A DNA stretch of 64,000 nucleotides, taken from NCBI GenBank assembly GCA_030537155.1, contig JAUNOH010000002.1, positions 59,816-123,815 of the forward strand, given 5' to 3'. Made by a program: the position numbers and the translations under genes. The stretch is from Bacillota bacterium (GTDB taxonomy: Bacteria > Bacillota_I > Bacilli_A > RFN20 > CAG-826). How positions within the stretch are numbered: the stretch's first letter is position 1; every line of letters starts with the position of its first letter. Below the pieces are notes generated by a model. That model did not search any database. It was not told the origin of the DNA and worked only from the letters and a program-made list of their open reading frames with translations. Shown piece after piece: positions 44,579 through 54,012 of this stretch.

Positions 44579-47098
44579 ATGGCTGGGGTACGCGGGATTT
44601 TATTCAAGAAGCTGTTTCGCGGTTTTAAAGGCAGTGGAAGCAATTCCTCTCCCTCTTCTTCATCGGCACGATGGCGATGTCGCTCTATATTGGCCTATAT
44701 GCCAACGCCCTTTGCTTAGAAAGCCGGGTGGAGTCGGTCTATACCGACGGGAATCTGGCCGACGTCAATATCGCCGTCTCCTCATATAACGAGGGGGATT
44801 TAACCCACGTTGAGTCTTTGGCGGAACCCTTTGGCTTTAACGATAGTGAATCCCGTTACGTACTAGGCGCCTCGATATCCGCGAATTCATGTAACCTCAT
44901 CATCGCCCCCTCTTTATCGTCCATCTCGATTAACAAACCCATTAATATTGTCGACCGCTCCTCGACGGACACCGAATTCTTTTTGACTTCCTCCCTCTAC
45001 CGCACCACCGAAAATTATGCCCGCGAGGTCGTCGTCTCGGCCTCGGAGATAACTAACATCCTTTATTACTCCGCCCAGAATAACGGGTATGAGGGTTCCA
45101 GGAGTGAGCTACTCACCGAGCTGGATTCCCTTTGCACAGCAACCGAGAATCCCTTTAGGGAGAATCAGCTTTCCCTTTCCTACCGCTATACCGGCTACAC
45201 CGATTCGCCGGAAGGCATCGTCAACGACACCTTCTCCATCCGCATGCTCTACATGGGCAAGAAGACCTTCCAAAGAGGGGTCGCTAGCTTCATAAGCTCC
45301 AACTTCTCAGACGCCACGAGGCTGAATGCCCTATTTGGCTTAACGACCGACGATATAGCCTCTCCTACGAGTTTCCCGCGCGATAACCAATATCTCCTGG
45401 ATATGGGCTCCCACGATGGCTTAGAGGGACTGGAGGAGGAGATAATCGCCTATTTCCAAAATGGCTCCACCGGATATGTCAGTTCCATCACCGACCGGAG
45501 CACCTATACCTTCGTCATCGCCACCTCCACCGAGATCGGGCAGGCCTATTCGCTTTGCTACGTCTTCCCGCCTTTCTTTTATCTAGTCGGCTTCTTGGTG
45601 TGCGTCACCACCAATAACCAGTTATTGACTAGGGAGAGGAAAAACATCGGGATCATGAAATCCCTCTCCGTCCCCAAAAAGTGGATATACCTCCATTATG
45701 GCCTATATACCGGACTGCCTATTTTCCTCTCCTGCGTGGCGGCCATGGGCTTTGGGCCCTGGATATTCCCAATCGCCGTCAACGTCAAATACCGGACGAT
45801 CTATGATCTCCCCTCGGTCTTTTATACCTTCCCGATCCTCCAGGCCCTATTGGGGACGGCAATCTTCCTTTTCGCCTCCTTGTTGGTCTCCTCGCTTTTG
45901 CTTAGGAAACAGATGAAGGAGAACCCCGTCGAATTGCTCCGCCCCAAAAGCCCGCCCTACACCAAAAGGCATGAGAGGAGCCTTAAGAGGCCTTCCCCCA
46001 TCAAACTAAACATCGTCATGGCCGTCCGGAACATGCGGGTCAACTTGGCTAAATCGATGATGGTCGTGGTGGGGGTATTTGGCTGCACCTCCCTTATGTG
46101 CGCGGCTTTCGGGATGCTCGATTCCATCGACTATGGGGTCAACCTCGAACTGTCCGAATTCTTCGATTACGACCTCAAGGCCAATTACACCGCCCGCGGG
46201 GATTATCAGGAGGAGCTATCCGCCATCTCCTGGATCAGCGAGTATGAGCAGTTCTCCCAAAACGGGACCGTGGTTACGGCGGTGAATGAAGGTGGCTTGA
46301 GCGGGAGCTCCTACGCCGGGGGATATCTTCGTCTTTGGGGATAGCAAACCCATCCATACGATTGAATTGCCCGAAACCGGCGGGGGCGTCACCATCAGCC
46401 AGAAGATAGCCACCCAGATATCGGTTGAGGTGGGGGATACGGTCTCATTCTCCTTTTTGGGCAACGAATACCAGGCCACCGTCGGGCGGATTGAGCACAC
46501 CTTCATAACCTTCGGCGTCTTCACCAGTTTCGAAGAACTCGGCATCGAGCCGACCTATAACATATGCGGCATTAGAATGAATGAGGGCATGACCCTAACT
46601 CAGGGCTATAACCTCATCAAAAAGCAATCCTTCGTCCAAGATGCCTATTGGGTTCAGCGGAACGCCGTAAACCAGATTTCCTCCGTTTATGGTGGGGTGG
46701 AGATACTATCCTGGATCATGGAGATATTCGCGGTCTTCATGGCTTTGGCGGTTTTATATAACCTGGCTTCCATGAATTACCGCGATAGGGTGCGTGACAT
46801 GATCATCATGAAGACGATGGGCTTTGACAAAATCAACGTCAGTGCCAGCCTCATCATGGAGACGCTTTTCCTCACCCTTTTGGGTGTGGCGGGTGGACTG
46901 GGCTTTGGCTATCCCCTGCTATATTGGATATTCCAGGTCAACAGCATGGCCATCGTCGATTTCTTCTACGTCATCGACCCGATCAGCTATTTCGCATCTT
47001 TCCTCATCAGCTTCGGGGTCGGCATATTGGTGAGCGTCATCCTCTGCCTATTGACCGATCGCATAAAGCTATCGGAGTCACTCAAGGAAATAGAGTAG
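44579..47098 (+). pseudogene. FtsX-domain ABC transporter permease (MacB/YtrF-like, two FtsX modules) disrupted by two frameshifts
   Basis: N-terminal MAGVRGILFKKLFRGFKGS (frame A, from ATG 44579) shifts near 44625 into ...WKQFLSLFFIGTMAMSLY... (ORF 44671-46344). FtsX motifs ERKNIGIMKSLSV and DRVRDMIIMKTMGFD. A second shift in a G5 tract at 46318-46322 joins ...SSYAG to DIFVFGDSKPIHTIELPETGGGVTIS (ORF 46367-47098). Confidence 0.65.
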
Positions 47099-47197
47099 GT
47101 CTTACCCACGGTTTTCTTTGGGCTTGGTATCCGATGAAACTTTGAAAATTGGGGAACAAATGAGCTTCTTAAAGCATAAAAAGTTCCCCAATTTGGC

Positions 47198-47728
47198 TTA
47201 ATTGGCGGAGAAGGTTATCGTCACATCCCCTTCGCCCAAAACGGAGAGCAGTCCATCTTTGGTCGCGTTCTCGATTTTGCCGAGCCTAGTGAAGTTCCAG
47301 CTATTCGTATCGTAATAGACGGTGATCTGATTGCCCTGATAGAGGATGATATCGCCCGGTTCGGTGGTGATGTACTCATCGTTTCTGGCGATGCTAGCTC
47401 CCAAAGGACCGACCTTTTCGAAATTCGCATAGTCGTGCATTTCGATGGTGACTGGCAGGAGTTGGTAAAAGGCTTCGGCGGAGGTGTTGTCCTCCAAAGT
47501 CGCATAGAGGGTTGAGCCGTTAACTTCCAATTTGATGTTCATTTCGTTTTCCTCGCTTGTAGAAGATTGTATTGATTCGCTTGATGTATCTGATGATTGG
47601 CTGGATGCGGCTGAAGATGACGCCGGATTGGACGTCGAGGAAGATTGGCTGGTAGATGATGAGGATGCGTTACTGCACGAAGCAAGCATCAGAGCCATTA
47701 ACGATAATAAAGCCAATCCCTTCTTCAT
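47198..47728 (-). CDS. lipoprotein with Ser-rich linker and cyclophilin-like-fold C-terminal domain (tentative)
   Basis: Lipobox LMLASC. A roughly 45-aa Ser/Thr low-complexity linker. A compact C-terminal beta-rich domain. Confidence 0.6.
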   Translation of the reverse strand: MKKGLALLSLMALMLASCSNASSSSTSQSSSTSNPASSSAASSQSSDTSSESIQSSTSEENEMNIKLEVNGSTLYATLEDNTSAEAFYQLLPVTIEMHDYANFEKVGPLGASIARNDEYITTEPGDIILYQGNQITVYYDTNSWNFTRLGKIENATKDGLLSVLGEGDVTITFSAN

Positions 47729-48693
47729 TTTTCGATACCCAAGTATTTATCGAGCAATTCCTCAATTTGGTTAAAAGGGATCTTGTCCTTTTGATCATAT
47801 AAGTCGGTATGGCTGGCTCTAGGGACGATAATCAGATGTTTGTTCTTTCCCTTGAGCAATGGGAAGACGCCTTCGCTCATATAACGGGAATGGGCTTTTT
47901 CGCCATGGATCAGGATGACCGCGTTTTCGATTTCATCCGCATAGGATAGCAACTTATCGTTCATTAAAGAAATCGATGATGTCACATTCCATCCGGCGTT
48001 GGAATTCAGGCTTCTTTCGGCATAGCCCCTGTCGGTTTTGTAATAGGCGTAATAATCCTTCACGAAATCCGGGGCATCCTCCGGCAGGGGATCGACGACG
48101 CCTCCCGCTCGGGCGGGGACGCCATGCCTATAGTCTAGAGTCCTTTGCCCTGATAAGGATTTCCTGAGCTTATTTCTCTCTTCCGCCGAATCGGCTGAAT
48201 CGAAATAGCCTTTCGCGGATACCCTAGTCATGTCATACATCGTCATGGCGAAGGTGGCTTTTATCCTTGGATCGGCGATGGCTGCGCTCACGGCGAAACC
48301 GCCGAAGCCACAGATACCGATGATCCCGATTTTCTCAGGGTCGATGAAATCCTGATTGATTAAGAAATCCACGGCGGCCGAGAAATCCTCGGTGTTGATG
48401 TCGGGCGAGGCGACGTTTCTAGCCTCTCCTCCGCTTTCGCCGATAAAGGAGGGGTCAAAGGCCAAGGCGGCAAAGCCTCGGCTAGCCATTTCCTCGGCGT
48501 AAAGCCCAGAGCATTGCTCCTTAACCGCACCAAAGGGACCGCTTACGGCAATTGCCGGCAATTTGCCCGTAAATCCCTTGGGCAGATATAGATCTCCGAC
48601 CAGTTTTATCCCATAACGGTTGGTGAAACTGACTTTGCTCCTAGTTACGCTTTCTCTAATTTGGAAGGTGTATCCATCGTATTTGGCTTTCAT
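47725..48693 (-). CDS. alpha/beta hydrolase (dienelactone-hydrolase / peptidase S15-like)
   Basis: Nucleophile elbow GICGFGGFA. Start at ATG 48691-48693 with an AAGGAG RBS. The ORF-track N-terminal extension is not supported. ATGA overlap with the downstream lipoprotein gene. Confidence 0.75.
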   Translation of the reverse strand: MKAKYDGYTFQIRESVTRSKVSFTNRYGIKLVGDLYLPKGFTGKLPAIAVSGPFGAVKEQCSGLYAEEMASRGFAALAFDPSFIGESGGEARNVASPDINTEDFSAAVDFLINQDFIDPEKIGIIGICGFGGFAVSAAIADPRIKATFAMTMYDMTRVSAKGYFDSADSAEERNKLRKSLSGQRTLDYRHGVPARAGGVVDPLPEDAPDFVKDYYAYYKTDRGYAERSLNSNAGWNVTSSISLMNDKLLSYADEIENAVILIHGEKAHSRYMSEGVFPLLKGKNKHLIIVPRASHTDLYDQKDKIPFNQIEELLDKYLGIEK

Positions 48694-48706
48694 TTGTCGT
48701 TCTCCT

Positions 48707-48943
48707 TTATTCGTAGGCCCCTTTATCGAGCTGATAGATGACGAAGTCGAGACAGTCCAGCCTCTTCCGTTCCGCCCGGATGTGGTTATTAAGTTCGTTA
48801 CGGAAGGCACTGAGGCTTTTTGAGATGGTCTCAAACTGTTTTTCCTCAGCTAATTGGGTCAGCCTTTCGAGTTCCTCTTCCGGTAACCCCAGTTCGCTTA
48901 GATATTCACCGAGCACGGCTATTTTGTTTTTCGCGCATCCCAT
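48707..48943 (-). CDS. small hypothetical protein (78 aa), first gene of the hydrolase operon
   Basis: ORF lies 13 nt upstream of the hydrolase start, divergent from the LysR gene. No family recognised. Confidence 0.45.
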   Translation of the reverse strand: MGCAKNKIAVLGEYLSELGLPEEELERLTQLAEEKQFETISKSLSAFRNELNNHIRAERKRLDCLDFVIYQLDKGAYE

Positions 48944-49014
48944 ATCTCTGCTAACAAATTAATTCCAAAATTGACGATTGACCAATATTCATAAAGCAAT
49001 TCAAGATATGAGAT

Positions 49015-49890
49015 ATGGAAATAAGGGTTTTACGTTACTTCGTCGAGATCGCCAGATGCGGCAGCATGTCGAAAGCCGCCGAATCGCTCCATGTCTCCCA
49101 AAGCGCCCTCTCCAAGCAGATGAGTGAGTTGGAGGATGAGTTAGGCAAGAAGCTTTTCAAGAGGGTGAGCAGGGGGTTGTTGCTCACCGACGAGGGGATG
49201 CTCCTTAGGAAACGGGCCGAGGACATCCTCGAGATGGTCGAGAAGACCGAGGATGAATTCAAGGAACTAGGCGAATTAAAAGGCGGGGACGTCAGGATCG
49301 CCTGCGCCGAGAGCCATCTTATTTCCCATCTGGCCAAGGCGGCGGCCTCCTTTAGGGAGGATTACCCCCTATTCCGTTATCACCTATATTCCGGCGATTC
49401 GGAAATCGTCTTGGATAAACTAGACCGCGGGGCGGTCGACTTCGCCATCATCGTCGAACAGCCGGATTTCTCCAAATATAACTACCTTGAGATCCCCGGG
49501 GAAGACGTGTGGGGGCTATTGGTCAAAAGCGACAGCGACCTCGCCAAGAAAGAGAAAATAACGGCCCAGGATCTCGTCGGACTTGAATTGATTTGCTCCC
49601 GTCAATCAATTGCCAACGATATTGCCAGATGGTGCCCGGAGACTGTTGATTCATTGAATTTCTCCGGCACGATGAACCTTAACTACAACGCCTCGGTATT
49701 CGTGGATGAGGGGCTTGGCTGCCTTTTGACCCTCGATAAGCTTTCCGATACCTCGGAGGAGAGCGGCCTTTCCTTCATCCCCCTGTATCCCAAATTGACC
49801 AGCAAGCTATTTTTGATTTGGCGTAAATATCAAATGTTTACCCCGATCGCGGAACGCTTCCTCGAGAGGCTGGAACAATACCTCGCCTGA
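49015..49890 (+). CDS. LysR family transcriptional regulator
   Basis: N-terminal HTH RYFVEIARCGSMSKAAESLHVSQSALSKQMSELEDELG. 291 aa. Confidence 0.88.
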   Translation: MEIRVLRYFVEIARCGSMSKAAESLHVSQSALSKQMSELEDELGKKLFKRVSRGLLLTDEGMLLRKRAEDILEMVEKTEDEFKELGELKGGDVRIACAESHLISHLAKAAASFREDYPLFRYHLYSGDSEIVLDKLDRGAVDFAIIVEQPDFSKYNYLEIPGEDVWGLLVKSDSDLAKKEKITAQDLVGLELICSRQSIANDIARWCPETVDSLNFSGTMNLNYNASVFVDEGLGCLLTLDKLSDTSEESGLSFIPLYPKLTSKLFLIWRKYQMFTPIAERFLERLEQYLA

Positions 49891-50105
49891 GCATAGACGC
49901 GCATTATCTTCGCGTTTATGCGTAAAAAAATTACTTTTTTCTTCAAAACGCGCAGGAATGCGAACCATTTTTGTGCCATTTGTTAACATTTGGGGGATAG
50001 CTTTGCTAGAATCGACAACAGATGCGCAACAGATCGATGAGTGATCGATAAGGGAACCCATCTTTTTCGCGCACCAAATCGGAATATCCATTGGAGGAAT
50101 AACAA

Positions 50106-51248
50106 ATGAACCGATTCATGCTTAACGAGACGTCATACCACGGCCATGGGGCCATCGAGCAGATCGTCCCCGAAATCAAAGCCAGGGGATTCAAGAAAGG
50201 CTTCGTCTGCTCCGACCCCGACCTCTTCAAATTCAAAGTCACCAACAAGGTCACCGATCTCTTAGACAAGGCCGGCGTCGATTACGTCACCTATGACGGC
50301 ATCAAACCGAACCCGACCATCGAGAACGTCAAAGAGGGCGTCGAGGCCTGCAAAAAGGCCGGCGCCGACTTCATCCTCGCCATCGGCGGTGGTTCTTCCA
50401 TGGATACCGCCAAGGCTATCGGCATCATCATCACCAACCCCGAATTCGAGGATGTCAGGAGCCTAGAAGGCGTGGCCCCCACCAAGAAGCCGACCCTCCC
50501 GATCATCGCCGTCCCGACCACCTCCGGCACGGCCGCCGAGGTCACCATCAACTACGTCATCACCGACGTCGAGAGGAAGAGGAAGTTCGTCTGCGTCGAC
50601 GTCCACGATATGCCGATCGTCGCCGTCGTCGACCCCGATATGATGGCCAGCATGCCAAAGGGATTATGCGCCGCCACCGGCATGGACGCCTTAACCCACG
50701 CCATTGAGGGCTATATCACCAAGGCCGCTTGGGAAATGTCTGATATGTTCCATCTCAAAGCCATTGAGATCATCTCCAAAAACCTCCGCAAATCGGTGGC
50801 TGGGGATATCGATGGCCGCGAAGGCATGGCCTTAGGTCAATATATCGCCGGCATGGGCTTCTCCAACGTCGGCTTAGGCATCGACCACTCCATGGCCCAC
50901 ACCTTAGGCGCCTCCTACGACGTCCCCCACGGCGTGGCCTGCGCGATGCTGCTTCCGATCGTCTTGGAATTCAACGCGGACGCCACCGGCGAGAAGTATC
51001 GTGAAATCGCCCGTGCCATGGGTGTCAAAGGCGTCGACTCGATGAGCCAGGAAGAATACCGCAAGGCCGCCATCGACGCCGTCAGGCAGCTTTCCGTCGA
51101 CGTCGGCATCCCGACTAAGTGCGAGAAGATCAAGGAGGAGGACCTCGAGTTCCTCGCCAAGAGCGCCCTTGCCGATGCCTGCTATCCCGGCAACCCGAAA
51201 GAAGCTACCCTCGAAGAGGTCATTGGCCTATTCAGGAAGCTGATGTAA
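50106..51248 (+). CDS. iron-containing alcohol dehydrogenase (lactaldehyde reductase / 1,2-propanediol oxidoreductase-like)
   Basis: GGGSSMDTAKA NAD-binding motif. Fe-ADH histidines. 380 aa. Confidence 0.88.
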   Translation: MNRFMLNETSYHGHGAIEQIVPEIKARGFKKGFVCSDPDLFKFKVTNKVTDLLDKAGVDYVTYDGIKPNPTIENVKEGVEACKKAGADFILAIGGGSSMDTAKAIGIIITNPEFEDVRSLEGVAPTKKPTLPIIAVPTTSGTAAEVTINYVITDVERKRKFVCVDVHDMPIVAVVDPDMMASMPKGLCAATGMDALTHAIEGYITKAAWEMSDMFHLKAIEIISKNLRKSVAGDIDGREGMALGQYIAGMGFSNVGLGIDHSMAHTLGASYDVPHGVACAMLLPIVLEFNADATGEKYREIARAMGVKGVDSMSQEEYRKAAIDAVRQLSVDVGIPTKCEKIKEEDLEFLAKSALADACYPGNPKEATLEEVIGLFRKLM

Positions 51249-51289
51249 AAAAGACGCATCAAAAGCTCTGGCCCCCATTGGGGGCCTTT

Positions 51290-52615
51290 TTATATGACCG
51301 AGAAGAATGTGAGCGGCGAATTGTAGTAACGGTGCTCCCCGCTTATGGCATAGCCAATGACCACGAAATCGTCCCCAGAATCCTCGATTGCAGGAGTATA
51401 GGTAAACGAAGTTGTATCGACGTCTAAAGTCGTGTTCCAGACCTCTTCGTCCTCCTCGACCAAACCCATTTTGGCAATAGTCACATATAAGCCATCTTCA
51501 GCGACTGAGAAGGGATTGTCATAGACGACGTCGAACGTGTATGTGGTTCCGCCTTTTATCTCGGATTCCAAATATTGTTCCCCCTCGTTTTCCACGGGCA
51601 GAGTGAAGCCGATGACATCCGGCGAATTGGCGTCGTAAATCTGCTCATCCACCAATAGGAAACACGGATAACTGTATATGGATGTTTTGTTATCGTGGCT
51701 GTCCTCTAGGATGAGGGTGATTACGACTAACGAGTTATGATACGTCGCGTTCTCGTCTAAGAGGCTGACATAGGCTGAGAAACCGGTTGCTCCAACCTCC
51801 CTTATTTGAATAGAGACGGCGGGCTCGCTGCAATAGGCGCTCCAGGTGAAGATGTATTCGTTATGGCGGGCGAAGAACGTTTCGTCCTCACATTTAAGAT
51901 GGAATTCGTTCATGCCGATCGTCACATACTCGGCCTCGTTGAGCGAGACGTTAATCTCGGGGACTTCCTCGGCGAAGAATTGCTTCTCCCCGATTATTTT
52001 TCCGTTGGCGTCCATATAAGTCTTCTTAAGTAGGCTGACGGCCAACAATGTACTGAGGCATACGAGGGCCATAGCGGCGATTATGGCCCCGATGATTATT
52101 AAAACGAGGCGCCTTTTCCCTATGCCCTTGTTGGATGGTGGTTCGCTAACTGGCGCGGCGGCGTAGTCCTCTATAAAAAGAAATTGTGGCTGGATTTTAT
52201 ATGTGCTGGCAGCCGAATAAAGAAAATCGGTGGTGGGGGTGGAGCGGCCGCTTTCATAGTTTCGGAGCGTCCTAAGCGAAATCCCCAATGCCTTTGCGGC
52301 CTCGGCCTGGGTCATCCCGGCCCGAGACCTTAAGGTTCTGATGCGCCGAGCAAAACGTTCCTGGTCAAAAGGCGGATTTTCATATCCCGATTTAGGTTCG
52401 GGAGTTAAAAGAAGTAAATCTCCGATTGAACATTCAAGCGAATCGGCAAGCTTTGGGATGACGCTGACGGAGGGGGCGATTTTGCCTTTTTCGAATAGGG
52501 AGAGACTTTGCGGGGAATAGCCCAAGGCCATTGCCAAAGATCTTTGAGAGACGCCTAGCGCCTTTCTCCTTTCGGCGATGTAAGCGCCAAGGTCTTTGGT
52601 CGAAATCGTGAGCAT
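51290..52615 (-). CDS. membrane-anchored XRE-family regulator with two HTH_XRE domains and an extracytoplasmic domain
   Basis: Two HTH domains: RKALGVSQRSLAMALGYSPQSLSLFEKGK and RSRAGMTQAEAAKALGISLRTLRNYESGR. One TM helix LVLIIIGAIIAAMALVCLSTLLAV. A C-terminal domain of about 240 aa. Start is uncertain (52615 or 52663). Confidence 0.75.
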   Translation of the reverse strand: MLTISTKDLGAYIAERRKALGVSQRSLAMALGYSPQSLSLFEKGKIAPSVSVIPKLADSLECSIGDLLLLTPEPKSGYENPPFDQERFARRIRTLRSRAGMTQAEAAKALGISLRTLRNYESGRSTPTTDFLYSAASTYKIQPQFLFIEDYAAAPVSEPPSNKGIGKRRLVLIIIGAIIAAMALVCLSTLLAVSLLKKTYMDANGKIIGEKQFFAEEVPEINVSLNEAEYVTIGMNEFHLKCEDETFFARHNEYIFTWSAYCSEPAVSIQIREVGATGFSAYVSLLDENATYHNSLVVITLILEDSHDNKTSIYSYPCFLLVDEQIYDANSPDVIGFTLPVENEGEQYLESEIKGGTTYTFDVVYDNPFSVAEDGLYVTIAKMGLVEEDEEVWNTTLDVDTTSFTYTPAIEDSGDDFVVIGYAISGEHRYYNSPLTFFSVI

Positions 52616-52699
52616 CAAATTACCTATTCCTACGAATCCCGTTTCCTTTCCCCCGATGGGCAAAACCTTATAGCGTTTGGCCCTTCTGCTTGATTATCA

Positions 52700-52993
52700 A
52701 TGTCTAGGGTTCAAATCAGAATTTGGAGGATACTCATGGGCCATCAGGCTCATCGAAGGGGGTCTGTTGTGAAATACGTCCGAATTCAGATTGTTCTATT
52801 GATGTCCTCTTTGTTGAGGGATCACGGTAGTTTTACGGAAGAGGATATCCGTCAGGCGATGCCTGTCAGCAAATCTTCTTTCAATCGCGCGATCAGCGAC
52901 TACCGCTCCTATTTGATGGAGTTCGAACAGGGTTATGAACTTGTGTTTGATAACCGGAATAAATCGTATAAGTTATTGAAACTCAGCTTTTGA
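52700..52993 (+). CDS. small putative HTH protein / remnant of a WYL- or DeoR-like regulator
   Basis: FTEEDIRQAMPVSKSSFNRAISDYRSYL resembles an HTH recognition segment. Weak. Confidence 0.3.
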   Translation: MSRVQIRIWRILMGHQAHRRGSVVKYVRIQIVLLMSSLLRDHGSFTEEDIRQAMPVSKSSFNRAISDYRSYLMEFEQGYELVFDNRNKSYKLLKLSF

Positions 52994-53216
52994 CATTGGC
53001 CTAACAAATAAATAAGTGTCGAAAAATCTTTATTTAGCCGACTACTGCTATATATTCGGCAATTTTTGTTTGGCTATTTTGAGCTGCCGAGAGCTTTCAA
53101 TATATGTATTTTTGGTTGCTGCGTCGTATAGCAACAATGAATTTTGATGTTTCTTTAGAACAAAGTTCTAAATATTTCTTTGGCTGATGAAAAATAACGA
53201 AAAGTAACGAAAAATG

Positions 53217-53231
53217 TTGAAAACGCTTTCT
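53217..53231 (+). promoter_or_regulatory. catabolite-responsive element (cre) upstream of fruR
   Basis: TTGAAAACGCTTTCT matches the WTGNAANCGNWNNCW consensus at every defined position. 38 nt upstream of the fruR ATG. Confidence 0.55.
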
Positions 53232-53268
53232 CATGGAGTAACCTTAAATTAGGAAAGGGGTTTCAGAC

Positions 53269-54012
53269 ATGTTAAAACAAGCCAGACTCTCCAAGATCGA
53301 ATCTTTGGTCAACGAGAAAAAATACGTTTCTTTGCACGAGCTTATGAGTGCGACAAAAAGCAGCGAATCCACCATCAGGGCCGATTTAATTGAGTTATCT
53401 GATAATGGAAAGCTGATCCGCCTACGCGGTGGCGCCCAGGCGCTGAATGACAACAGCCTCAGCTTTGAACTTAATGTTGAGGCCAAGATGAAAATCGAAC
53501 CTGAAGCCAAGAGGAAGATTGGTCAATTCGCCGCCTCCCTCATCCCTCATGATTCATTTGTTTATATCGACGCTGGGACTTCGACTTTTTTCCTTCTCGA
53601 TTACATCTCCACCGATAACGCCAAATTCGTCACCAACTCCGTCATCATCGCCCGCAAATTGAAAAGCCAGGGCCATACCGTCTACATGATCGGTGGGGAA
53701 TTCAAATCGACGACCGACGCCTTCATTGGCCCTTTGGCCATGGATACGGTCTCCAAATTCACCTTTGACCTCGGTTTCTTTGGCTGCAACGGCGTCGACA
53801 AGGAGCAGGGGATTACCACCCCCGAATTCGAGGAGGCCATGGTCAAAAAGGCGGCGATGGCCCAGTGCAAGAAACTTTATGTCTTAGCCGACCACACCAA
53901 GTTCGGGAAGAAGACGGCCGTCGTATTCCATCCCTATACTCCCGAGGAAATCATCACCGACTATTGCCCCGAGTCTTTCAAAGGGGAAGGAATTAAGGAG
54001 ATTGGCAAATGA
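53269..54012 (+). CDS. fruR: DeoR family transcriptional repressor of the fructose operon
   Basis: N-terminal HTH KKYVSLHELMSATKSSESTIRADLIELS. DeoR C-terminal sugar-phosphate sensor domain. Immediately upstream of fruK-fruA. Confidence 0.85.
   Translation: MLKQARLSKIESLVNEKKYVSLHELMSATKSSESTIRADLIELSDNGKLIRLRGGAQALNDNSLSFELNVEAKMKIEPEAKRKIGQFAASLIPHDSFVYIDAGTSTFFLLDYISTDNAKFVTNSVIIARKLKSQGHTVYMIGGEFKSTTDAFIGPLAMDTVSKFTFDLGFFGCNGVDKEQGITTPEFEEAMVKKAAMAQCKKLYVLADHTKFGKKTAVVFHPYTPEEIITDYCPESFKGEGIKEIGK

Noticed and set aside
44508-44789. 93-aa ORF upstream of and overlapping the FtsX permease reading frames.
   Set aside because: It is an alternate frame of the permease N-terminal region. The true N-terminus, MAGVRGILFKKLFRGFKGS, is in another frame starting at 44579.
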